This document shows positions 54,360-63,866 of a stretch of DNA of 64,000 nt, one piece after another (the stretch's first letter is position 1; each line of letters begins with the position of its first letter). The position numbers and the translations under genes are program-made. The DNA comes from Schizochytrium sp. TIO01 (taxonomy: Eukaryota; Protista; Bigyra: Labyrinthulomycetes). A model generated the notes under the pieces. It did no database searches, was not told the origin of the DNA, and saw only the letters and a list, made by a program, of their open reading frames with translations. The stretch covers positions 434,001 to 498,000 of the forward strand of contig SMSO01000036.1 of the NCBI GenBank assembly GCA_004764695.1, written 5' to 3'.

Positions 54360-55140
54360 AAAAAGGCGATACGCAGGAGAAAACGCACCATCCATGGAGT
54401 CCGAAAATAGAGAGCATACGCCCAACCAACCAGGACGGACATTGTTCATCGAGCCCCGAATTTATATTCTTGACGAAAGTACAAGGAGTCTAAACAAAGG
54501 TGTTTATTCATCTGAATAAACGCAGATAAAGCTTTCTTTTTATCTTCATCGACATAGTTCACTCCATGTTTTGCCAACTCAACACCTAGACGGGTCTTGC
54601 CAGATCCACCGGGACCCTTGAAAGACCGTATCGTTTGCCGACTTTTGACACCGACTTAGAGTATGTGATGTCCCCTCTGACAGAAGGTTCTTTTGAATCG
54701 TTTATTCGTGGTATAAATAATGGCGTCGGTAGTCCGTAGTTGATGGAAATACATTGCGCAAGAAGCGCTCCGCAACATAATTAGGAACCTCACGCAGTTG
54801 TACATTCTTAATTATCCCAGAAGGAAAATCAACCTCCATGAACAGTTTAGACATCTCCGTCCTCAACTTCCCCAGACTTTCAATGTTTTTATCTTTTGAT
54901 TACCAGAACCAGTTTCAAAAGAATCACTCCGCGAGTAGAAAGCTCTGATGCGTTCTGTTCAGATAACCAAAAGGTAAAGCCCTCCAGATCCACAAGTTCG
55001 TTGACACAATCAATGTAGCGGGGTTTGTACTGTAGAGCAAATTCCAAAGCATATTTTAAGAAATTGTGTGTCGGCAATCCGTATGGCGTATATACTGGTT
55101 CTACACCTTCAATGAAAGTAACAATGTTATAAATCAAATC
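54360..55140 (-). pseudogene. Frameshifted P-loop NTPase relic
   Basis: The minus strand reads ...SFKGPGGSGKTRLGVELAKH (Walker A at 54593-54616). Protein-like text upstream (ORF 54889-55137, then NIESLGKLRTEMSKLFMEV...) is broken by frameshifts and stops. Confidence 0.6.
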
Positions 55141-55279
55141 AGGCGCTTTATCGCTTTTACTAGGTAAATTCGATAAATCGAATCTTGAACCGACTGATCC
55201 ATCTTGTCAAAGTTAGTTTCTGAATGTCAAATTTTGGTTCATCAACTCGTCCCATGATGTCTCCCTTTCTTCTTTACCC

Positions 55280-56330
55280 CTCTGCACAACTTTTGACTTA
55301 CGCGATCTAATGATCAAGGTCTACTGAGAGTTAGTGAGCGAGGGAGGGTATCTATCTATCGATCTTCTCTCATCCCACAAACTGCACAACTCTCGACTTA
55401 GGCGATCGAAAGATAAGTAGTCAAACCTCTACCACTGGCGAGTCAGAGGATCGTTCTTCAAGTCTCAAACAACACTGCCTGCACAACTCAATCAAACGAT
55501 CGATCAAGGGCTACTGAGAGGGCCGATCTTCAATTCTCCTCTCCTGCTTAGCACTGCCTGCACAACTCGCGACTTACGCTTGATCGAGGTCGATGACCGA
55601 TCTTCTCTTCTCCTACCTACCGGCACGAGCCAGCACAACCTGCACAACTTTCGACTTACGCAGTCAAACGATGCATGGAAAGTTGTCCTTGGCCTTGGCG
55701 AGCGGGGGCATCGATCTTACCCACTTGCATCGAATCATCACAACGTTTGACTTGCGTGATCGAACAGTGGAGGGAGAGATGGGTAGAATGAGCGCGTGTG
55801 CGTGCGCGCACACGGCATACGGCGCGTGCGAGGAGAGAAATAGATTCGTGGACGCTGCGGCCACGCCACCAGCCACGGCATCAAAGTTATGCAAACGAGC
55901 ACTGCAGACTTTAATTCGCGGATTATTATGGGTTTCGCAAAATACTAGCTAGTAATTTAAAAAAAAGAATACTTAGCATATTATTTCACCTATATAGATC
56001 GTAATGATATTCAGAGGTTGTTTTATAATTTATCCCTCGTGCAGTGTAGAAGAAGACATGGGTTTGTGTGTAAGAAACAAATAAATAAGTAAGAATATCT
56101 ACTAGTACCATTCATTAGTAAATCAAGTATAAACAATAGAGGAAGCATCCAAACCTAGTTCTCAAGAGCAGCAAAACCCAATCGTTCGAACACCTCAAAA
56201 ATCGTTCGAACACCATGATAGGTGCTACTATCAAGGGGTTAAAAAATGCAGCCTCCAAGATCACCAACCAGACAAGGAGTGCCGCTAGTAGACGTGAATC
56301 TCGCCCCTCATCAATTCAAATGTTCACAAA
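55280..56330 (+). repeat. Dispersed direct repeat, copy 2 (longer version of the leader)
   Basis: Matches ~43690-44600 and contains six CTGCACAAC...GACTTACGC-type units. Confidence 0.95.
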
Positions 56331-58356
56331 CAATCCAAACATGCGCACCACTTTCAGGCGCGTAAGCACACTCCCAACAGATGATGAATCCCTCTTGCAA
56401 CGGTCTTTAACTTTGAATGCAGAAAAGATTGAGGAGTACAAGCGTATGGATCGAGCACTTGAGGACCTCAAGGATAAAATTGCGAAGCTTTCGCAAGAAA
56501 TCGAGCGACTCGAGCAGGAAGTTGAAGAAAGGCTAGGAAATGGTGATGAATACCGCTATGTTAGATGTTTTTGTCGTGGTACGATTACTGCAGGAGATTT
56601 CAAAGATCATTTTGGGGTTTTGCCCAGTCACAAGTCCATGGCCCTTTGCATTGATTCGATGAAAGACCTTTTAAAAAAGGAAAAGTCGTTAGAAGTGAAA
56701 GAGCAACAAATTCTTGCAGATAGTGCCCGCCTTGCAAAAGTGCATGATCTTATAACCTCTACCGATGAAGACATCTCAACGCTAAGAGAACGGTTACAGT
56801 CATCTCCGGAACCGAAGAAGATGATGGATGCCACCAAAGTACATCTACCAAACTGGAAACAGGAGGGTGAATTAACCGCAAACACCACAAGTCTTGCGAA
56901 CTTGGGATCATACCCTGTATCACCCATGGAGGTGGAGGAAATTTCTACATCAAATTTCTTGAAGTTTTGTGAAGACCATGGCTACATTGATATCCTGAAT
57001 AACGTCGAGACTACAGTCGACTTTGTCAATGCATTTGCATATATGAATCGCACCACAACACTTAACGATGAAAGTTCCGTCGCAGAAGCTTTCAGAGGTG
57101 CCGTCAAATGTCTAACACTTGCACTCAATCAGACATCCGCTGAACCCAATTCCATTCCTAAAGATCTCTCTTTGTATGCAAGACTTGTGAGGGGACTAGT
57201 AGGTCGCGCAGACTTTGCAATCAATTGTAAGTCAGAAGACGGTGACCCGAAACCGTTGATCATGGGCGAATTCAAAGGTCCTGGGTTTCCCACCACTAAT
57301 CTCGCTAAACAATATTGTAGTAAAGAATGCCAAAATCCTCTCTGTGGTTCACAGCGGCATGAAGACCATTCGGTCATTCGTCAACTTTACAACTACATGG
57401 TTTTGAATGAGGTTTTGGTTGGTATTTACACGAACTATGTACACACTCATGTTTTCATTAGAGACGGGCAGGGACATCTGCTTATCACGGAAGCTATTTT
57501 ATGGAATCAAGAGGGTGATATTGATAATGAGAAAATCAGTACGTTGCAGCTCGTTGCACTCGCTATTCTTCTCGCTGCTGATGAACAAACTATGAATTTC
57601 CATAATTATGGACATTCTATGATGGTTCCCTGCAATTCGAATGATCGTCTTGGTGTGCAAGATCTACCACCTGAATGTTATAGCAAATTTGACTTAAAGA
57701 GGCCGAAAAAAGGATCATCACAGCCTTCGTCACCAAATGGACGACCACCTTCTTCGACACTAAATAAGTATGGTGCCAAATATACAAAGGATGGTGAAGC
57801 GGTCGAACTAGTCAAGCTACGCAAGGCTGGGTACACCGCGCTTTCACCCGGTCGCACAGGGTCAGTATTTCGTTTGAACTTCCACGAAGCAGGAGATGAC
57901 AAGAGCGACAACGTGGTGAAGATATTGGACCTTGTTAAGCAAGCAGATCAGATGCACGAACTTGACAATGAAGCTGAAATTTACAAGCAATTAGAACCGC
58001 TGCAAGGAATACACATCCCAGAGTTCATCGATTGTGGCGTTTTCGATGAAGGATTTCTTTACGGCCTCGGAACAAAGTATTCTGGCGAACCTTTAAGACC
58101 TGAAGACATCACCGATGACTTTGTGGAAAAGGCAGTGGATGCTCTCGATGACATTCACTCCCATGGTGTACTGCATGGTGATGTGGCGACCCGTAATATC
58201 CTATACAACAAGGAAACTCAAAGGCCTGTCATCATCGACTTCGGCATGTCCGTTGGCAAGTCAGAAATGAGTGAGGAAGACTTCGCACTAAGCGCTAGTC
58301 GAGAGATTGCTAGACTTCGACTTGCGTTGGAGAGGGAAAGAACAACTCCAAAATGA
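56215..58356 (+). CDS. Coiled-coil + REase-fold + protein kinase (CR-effector-like), paralog B
   Basis: GRADF...IMGEFKGPG...VIRQLYNYMVLNEVLVGIYTNY; kinase motifs PGRTG, VVKI, DNEAEIY, LHGDVATRN and IIDFG. Confidence 0.85.
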   Translation: MIGATIKGLKNAASKITNQTRSAASRRESRPSSIQMFTNNPNMRTTFRRVSTLPTDDESLLQRSLTLNAEKIEEYKRMDRALEDLKDKIAKLSQEIERLEQEVEERLGNGDEYRYVRCFCRGTITAGDFKDHFGVLPSHKSMALCIDSMKDLLKKEKSLEVKEQQILADSARLAKVHDLITSTDEDISTLRERLQSSPEPKKMMDATKVHLPNWKQEGELTANTTSLANLGSYPVSPMEVEEISTSNFLKFCEDHGYIDILNNVETTVDFVNAFAYMNRTTTLNDESSVAEAFRGAVKCLTLALNQTSAEPNSIPKDLSLYARLVRGLVGRADFAINCKSEDGDPKPLIMGEFKGPGFPTTNLAKQYCSKECQNPLCGSQRHEDHSVIRQLYNYMVLNEVLVGIYTNYVHTHVFIRDGQGHLLITEAILWNQEGDIDNEKISTLQLVALAILLAADEQTMNFHNYGHSMMVPCNSNDRLGVQDLPPECYSKFDLKRPKKGSSQPSSPNGRPPSSTLNKYGAKYTKDGEAVELVKLRKAGYTALSPGRTGSVFRLNFHEAGDDKSDNVVKILDLVKQADQMHELDNEAEIYKQLEPLQGIHIPEFIDCGVFDEGFLYGLGTKYSGEPLRPEDITDDFVEKAVDALDDIHSHGVLHGDVATRNILYNKETQRPVIIDFGMSVGKSEMSEEDFALSASREIARLRLALERERTTPK

Positions 58357-58380
58357 AAACCTCAATTAAAAATAAAACAT

Positions 58381-61380
58381 TTATGAAAAGTCATCAATTT
58401 GATTCGCGAAATTATACTGTGTTGCAATCTGATGAGACCTATTATAATAAACAAAACGATAAATCACCATAAAACAGAGCAAAGAAAGTGCACCGACTGT
58501 GAGACCTAGATAAATATGATTTGAACCAATTTGTTCAAACAGTTCCTTTAAGTAAGAAAGACTAGTATCATCTGAAATCGTAGGTGCTGAAGAAGGATTT
58601 CCAAGCGTAGGTCTCATTGTTGGTGCAGGAGTTGGAGCCGTGGGTGAAACTGTAGGTGACGATGTTGGTAAAGGCGTCGGCATAGTAGGTGACGATGTTG
58701 GTGCAGGAGTTATAGCAAAAAATGTTGAAGAATAGATGTCCTGCATGACAAGAGAGTTCTCTTGTGGAGCAATAGAAAGATAACCAGTTGACCACGCCGT
58801 TGTACTGCTAATATTCGTTGGCCAAAAGACGCTAATGCTTTCTGACTTCGTAGCCACAGTCGAGGAGTTAACAAGAGCAACGAACGACCACTCACCAGAG
58901 TAATCACGAGTCAGAGTATAATTCGCAGAGCTAAAGACTGGATAACCATCTGTCATAGTGCTGAAGTTATAATTCCCTGCTATACTATGATTTTCGTTAG
59001 ATGTTACGTAGATAGATTCGTACGGAACAAAACAAGAGGTACCATCGAGAGGACTTACCATTGCACCATCGCCAAGACCATCGCATTCTCCACAAAAAGG
59101 GAAATCTGCACACATACATGTCAAGGAATATCCAGATTCAACTCCAGATTCACCGAGCACTGGATGTCGGTAATTGCTCGCACTCACCTCATAAGAATAG
59201 GCTGCAGAAGCAACAGAACCAGTCCCAAGAACCCACCCCTGAGTATTAAGGAAGTATAGTAAATAACTCGTATCCCGTCCACCATTAGAATATAACTCCC
59301 AAGAATCCTTTAAATCTACATATTTACCCGTCGTTTTCATCACTCCAGTTGAACTCACGTATGGAGATTCCAGCATTAGATAAGAACAATCCACAACACA
59401 GCTAGTGCTGTTCGGTTCCGACATCATACCTTGACCACATGGTTCGCAAAGACCACTCGATTCATTCATGAACATATTACTACCACAGTAAATCACATCA
59501 CAAACAACTTCCGCAGTAGCACCATCTACACCGCCCGTAATGAGAAGATAGTTACTGTCATTGGCAAATGTGTGTACCTCAAAATTTTCAGTAAAGTATC
59601 GGGTAGGGTATGCATAAGCATTTTGTAAATCTGCAGTCCGGCTTTCGGAAGTGCAAGCGGAGGTCCAACTTCGCGAAGAACTGGTGGTAATAGGATAAGT
59701 AAAAGCAATATCGTCCTCCGTCAGTTCGGATAGATAAATGAGTGTGGTCGAACCGACCAATCCGTAAAACGAACCGCATGCCAAACTGGTGCAAAAGACC
59801 CAGCAATAATAATAAATCCCATAGTACCCCATGTACACTGATTTAAGGTACACTTCATATTGGTCATTCACATAAACAGTCCCAGCGGGTCCACTTGAGA
59901 CTCCAGGAACAGCATAAAAGATCATCTCGCCCGCATAACTTAGAAATGGAGAAACCGTTAAAGCAACATTGCAAGCATCCGCAGAACAGTATTCAACACC
60001 GGAAACATCAAATGCCCGATTCCAATCATACAAGCTAGTCGAATTAAATGTGGCAAGGTTAAATTCACCTTGCCTATCACTGAATAGATGAAATGGTTTG
60101 CCTCCAAAAATGTAAGCGTCTAGGTAGTCACCACAAGTTACATTCAAAGAAACCTTTGAAGGGTTGGGAGTTTCCAAATGAAACAATGTACGCCCCACCG
60201 CTTCTGTATAATTCACTGTGTCGCCACAAGAAATAGAAGCCAAATTTTGCAGTTCATTCTCAAATTCATCTACATCATTGGCACTTTTATTCATATGCCT
60301 TACTCTGACTTTCACGCGCTGAGTATCCTCATCAAGTTCTAAGACAGTCACCGCAACTGCATTCCCCCCCTCGCGATAATCATACACATAGGTAGAATTT
60401 ACAGGGACAAAAGCAGCTCCAGTTGTATCAGTCACCAATCTGGGCAAGCCAGTTGGATCGATCAAGTAACTAGGACCTGCAATATCTTCATAACGCCTTG
60501 TTACCCATTCCATCATCACGCCTGGAAGATCACTCTCATAGAGTGATCGGAATTCCAACGTCATGTATGTATTTGGATACTCCAACCGATAAAGAATACA
60601 GTAGTACAGAGATGAATTAAACCCCTCTCCTGTATCGTGAGCGTAGAGCCACACAGTTGTATCATCACTTACACAAGACTCGTCCGCTTCGCAATACAAA
60701 CCATGTGACATTTGCAAAATACTCTCTTCCGGAATCCACCCCAAAAAGTACTTGTAGTAGGTACTAAATTGAGCTAACAGCGGCTCAGCCTTTGAACCCA
60801 TCTCATCATATTCATTACCATATTCTCCATCAATAGCATGAGCATGCAGCAAACCAAGATTGTGACCAAATTCATGCGCTAAAACTCCCATGAGATAAGC
60901 GGTTGAATTCACTGAACTTGCAGCAACGTTCATATGTAACCGAGAACCAACAACATAAGCAACTCCAACATACCCCAGGTTACAATAAGGGGTGAACAGA
61001 GCAACAGAGTCATATGTAGACGCATTTGCACTATCTTCCGCGAGAGCAAAAGCTTCTTCATAAACAAGCATGCTACTCGAAGTCACCTCTACTCCATTGA
61101 TGTAACAATTATCTGATTCATCAATGCTAAAAGATTCCATCACATAGGTAGTCTCATCAACCGATAAGTGAACATCAAAACTACCACCAGAACTTGAGTC
61201 ATAGAACGTACTCAAATCGCTGCCTATATCGGCCATAATCTCATCACTCGGAACCAACGAAGAGTAGCTGCTGTTGGGTATAATTCTGACCGCTCGAATT
61301 GTATCTGTAGTCACACCATTGCTATAAGTGCTCGCATCAACAAATCCAACAATCAAAACAAAAAGCAAACACCGGATCAT
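58381..61380 (-). CDS. Type I membrane metzincin metalloprotease (gametolysin/M11-like)
   Basis: Signal peptide from the ATG at 61380, AHEFGHNLGLLHA...EYGNEYDEMG, Cys-rich modules, a PTxxPT stalk and a C-terminal TM helix. Confidence 0.85.
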   Translation of the reverse strand: MIRCLLFVLIVGFVDASTYSNGVTTDTIRAVRIIPNSSYSSLVPSDEIMADIGSDLSTFYDSSSGGSFDVHLSVDETTYVMESFSIDESDNCYINGVEVTSSSMLVYEEAFALAEDSANASTYDSVALFTPYCNLGYVGVAYVVGSRLHMNVAASSVNSTAYLMGVLAHEFGHNLGLLHAHAIDGEYGNEYDEMGSKAEPLLAQFSTYYKYFLGWIPEESILQMSHGLYCEADESCVSDDTTVWLYAHDTGEGFNSSLYYCILYRLEYPNTYMTLEFRSLYESDLPGVMMEWVTRRYEDIAGPSYLIDPTGLPRLVTDTTGAAFVPVNSTYVYDYREGGNAVAVTVLELDEDTQRVKVRVRHMNKSANDVDEFENELQNLASISCGDTVNYTEAVGRTLFHLETPNPSKVSLNVTCGDYLDAYIFGGKPFHLFSDRQGEFNLATFNSTSLYDWNRAFDVSGVEYCSADACNVALTVSPFLSYAGEMIFYAVPGVSSGPAGTVYVNDQYEVYLKSVYMGYYGIYYYCWVFCTSLACGSFYGLVGSTTLIYLSELTEDDIAFTYPITTSSSRSWTSACTSESRTADLQNAYAYPTRYFTENFEVHTFANDSNYLLITGGVDGATAEVVCDVIYCGSNMFMNESSGLCEPCGQGMMSEPNSTSCVVDCSYLMLESPYVSSTGVMKTTGKYVDLKDSWELYSNGGRDTSYLLYFLNTQGWVLGTGSVASAAYSYEVSASNYRHPVLGESGVESGYSLTCMCADFPFCGECDGLGDGAMVSPLDGTSCFVPYESIYVTSNENHSIAGNYNFSTMTDGYPVFSSANYTLTRDYSGEWSFVALVNSSTVATKSESISVFWPTNISSTTAWSTGYLSIAPQENSLVMQDIYSSTFFAITPAPTSSPTMPTPLPTSSPTVSPTAPTPAPTMRPTLGNPSSAPTISDDTSLSYLKELFEQIGSNHIYLGLTVGALSLLCFMVIYRFVYYNRSHQIATQYNFANQIDDFS

Positions 61381-61474
61381 TCTATCTAACAATAAGTAAT
61401 CTCATTGCTTTTACTATATATTGCCAGCGCAAAATAACATTGGTGCAAACAATTTCAACCAGCTAAAAAAATAA

Positions 61475-62506
61475 ATGCTAATTGTCAATGACATTGTCTT
61501 CTCTCATGAAATCTGGAACTGGTATGCTGAAAGGAAACAGGACGTTCACCTTACATGCTCACAAAAATGGTACCTACATGCATTGAGAAGCTTTCTACCC
61601 AAACAATACTTTCCAAATCAGTTTTCACAAATTATTCTCCAGGATTTAACAGCCGCAGAATTTTGGGAAATCCTCAATATCACATTTTACACATTATCCG
61701 ATCTCCAACATAATGACAACGACGGAAGAATGCCAACAAATATTAATATCCAATCCATTCTAAGCGAGCTACAACACATGGAGGCTATGATTGTATTTTG
61801 GGCAACCACAAAAGACCACACAAAAGAGAAATTAGGACTTCCAAATATTGATAGTTCCCTCATTGTTAATGAAACAGGATTAAACTTGAAGTTCGCAGCC
61901 CACGCTTATTGCATGATTAATAGTTGCTTCGAATCCCTTTCCAAATGTACTTCCATTCTACCACTTCACGCACCACCAGATCACATTGCTACAACTTTGA
62001 GACAGCAAACCATGCCATCCAACACGAATGACTTTGGCACTCGTCACGAACAATTTGATGACTTTTTCAAAAATATCATTCGCGTAGCCTATGGTGGTGA
62101 CTTCGACGAATACATCGACGCAGTCATTGAAGACATTGAATCAAAAAAAATTGGCACCTTCCACGAAATCCTTGCCCGCATTAAAGGTTATGAATTGATG
62201 GATCAGAAAGATGTTACAACAAAGTTACCTCCTACCGAATCCTGGCGAAGGCTTTTCAATACATACTTTGATAAGCAAGAAAACAACTTTGACATGTTCT
62301 ACCAGACATTTACTGCTGAGTGTATTTTCTTTATCCTCAAAGATTACCTCGCAATCTATGATAATGACGGAATCTCATATCTACCGATTTATAAACTCTA
62401 TTCCAATGACCACTTTACACAGACTTACTCTACAAATATAAGGTTTCTTATAGATACTAAGAAAATAAGAAGTCAGCTTAAAAAATTATACAATATTAGA
62501 ATCTAA
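61475..62506 (+). CDS. Hypothetical viral protein
   Basis: 343-aa ATG-initiated ORF, head-to-head with the protease gene. No motif recognised. Confidence 0.7.
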   Translation: MLIVNDIVFSHEIWNWYAERKQDVHLTCSQKWYLHALRSFLPKQYFPNQFSQIILQDLTAAEFWEILNITFYTLSDLQHNDNDGRMPTNINIQSILSELQHMEAMIVFWATTKDHTKEKLGLPNIDSSLIVNETGLNLKFAAHAYCMINSCFESLSKCTSILPLHAPPDHIATTLRQQTMPSNTNDFGTRHEQFDDFFKNIIRVAYGGDFDEYIDAVIEDIESKKIGTFHEILARIKGYELMDQKDVTTKLPPTESWRRLFNTYFDKQENNFDMFYQTFTAECIFFILKDYLAIYDNDGISYLPIYKLYSNDHFTQTYSTNIRFLIDTKKIRSQLKKLYNIRI

Positions 62507-62525
62507 TTCATACAAAACCTTAATT

Positions 62526-62708
62526 ATGTTCTTCCAATCCGAGAAAATTAGAAAATTCATTCAGAATCTGTTCCGTCAGAAAAATGAACATGTCGTCATT
62601 CAACGCAGAAACGCTCTGTCTAATGAAGAAGCTATATCCTATTTCTACCACCACGACAAACCACTCATCACATACAAAGACATTAAACATAAAAACAAGG
62701 ACCACTAG
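62526..62708 (+). CDS. Small hypothetical protein
   Basis: 60-aa ATG ORF that exactly fills the gap between its neighbours. Confidence 0.4.
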   Translation: MFFQSEKIRKFIQNLFRQKNEHVVIQRRNALSNEEAISYFYHHDKPLITYKDIKHKNKDH

Positions 62709-63130
62709 CCGTCGCCGCTAGAGAAGGTATCCACACTGCTACAATCTGCCTCAACATACTTTAGCATTACAGTTAGCAAACGCATGCCGATGAATGACAA
62801 ACATGTTCCATTCTTTACCAACATTTTACAAGATTTCAATCCACACACTTGCACAATTTCCCTTCCAATGAAATAGTAGAATCGATACCTCCAACTACCA
62901 GGTGTCGGCATCAATGAATGTATGCCTACATTTTTATCACCTTCTCTTCGTATAATAAATACTAGTATGTCCCATGCAAGAAAATTTGAATCATCTGACA
63001 TCCCAATCAGGAAATTCCCTAGTTCATCCAATTCATCGTTTTCAAAATTAAGCAGGAAATCGAACCAATCAAATTCATCAATCCATTTCGACAATTCATC
63101 ACAACATGGAGCTTGTTTAAATGCGTTCAT
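62705..63130 (-). CDS. Hypothetical viral protein
   Basis: 141-aa ATG ORF whose stop overlaps the stop of the convergent ORF. Confidence 0.55.
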   Translation of the reverse strand: MNAFKQAPCCDELSKWIDEFDWFDFLLNFENDELDELGNFLIGMSDDSNFLAWDILVFIIRREGDKNVGIHSLMPTPGSWRYRFYYFIGREIVQVCGLKSCKMLVKNGTCLSFIGMRLLTVMLKYVEADCSSVDTFSSGDG

Positions 63131-63429
63131 AGTTCAGGATTTGTTTGCACCACGAAATACTAAAACATTAATAGTCTGCGTGGCAAAAATAGTAAAACAT
63201 CAATTAGTCAAGGATATTACCTACCCCCCCTAGAATTATTATTATACATAGCAATTTAATATGAAACGAATTCGGGTCACCATGAATTCGTGTATAGTAT
63301 AGAACTATAGTTGCTTTGTTTTTATATCATGTGTGTTTCAAATACCCGACAAATGTACCCTGGACAAATATATAGTTAAAACAGTAGTAAGTAATCCATA
63401 CATCATAAGAGACTATCCAACTCAAACAA

Positions 63430-63866
63430 TCTCTCTAATGTATATTATCCTTGATTAAATGTTCTGTTCTGTAATTGCAACTTAGCAAAGAACGCTTGTC
63501 AATGCCTGTGTAGCTAGTCAGAGCAAACCTCTGTTCTTTAACGAACTTATCGAAAAGAACAGAACACTATCTAGGTTAGGTTAAGCTAGGTTAAGCTAGG
63601 TTAGATAGGGTTCTGCTAGGGTTATCGACCTAGGGTTGGGTTGGATATTCTCTCTAATGTGTATTATCCTTGATTAAATGTTCTGTTCTGTAATAGCAAC
63701 TTAGCAAAGAACGCTTGTCAATGCCTGTGTAGCTAGTCAGAGCAAACCTCTGTTCTTTAACGAACTTATCCAAAAGAACAGAACACTATCTAGGTTAGGT
63801 TAAGCTAGGTTAAGCTAGGTTAGATAGGGTTCTGCTAGGGTTATCGACCTAGGGTCAGGTTGGATT
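63430..63866. repeat. 219-bp tandem duplication with internal inverted repeats and degenerate TTAGG/TAGGG motifs
   Basis: ctctctaatg starts at 63431 and again at 63650; the two units differ at only a few positions. Confidence 0.95.

Noticed and set aside
52776-55770. Repeat arrays as possible CRISPR arrays
   Set aside because: The 81-bp units have no unique spacers, the other arrays are degenerate with related spacers, there are no cas genes, and the context is eukaryotic/viral.
43690-56330. The two ~0.9 kb direct repeats as LTRs of a retroelement enclosing 44.6-55.3 kb
   Set aside because: No gag, RT or integrase lies between them, I see no TG...CA ends or primer-binding site, and each repeat leads into its own paralogous gene.
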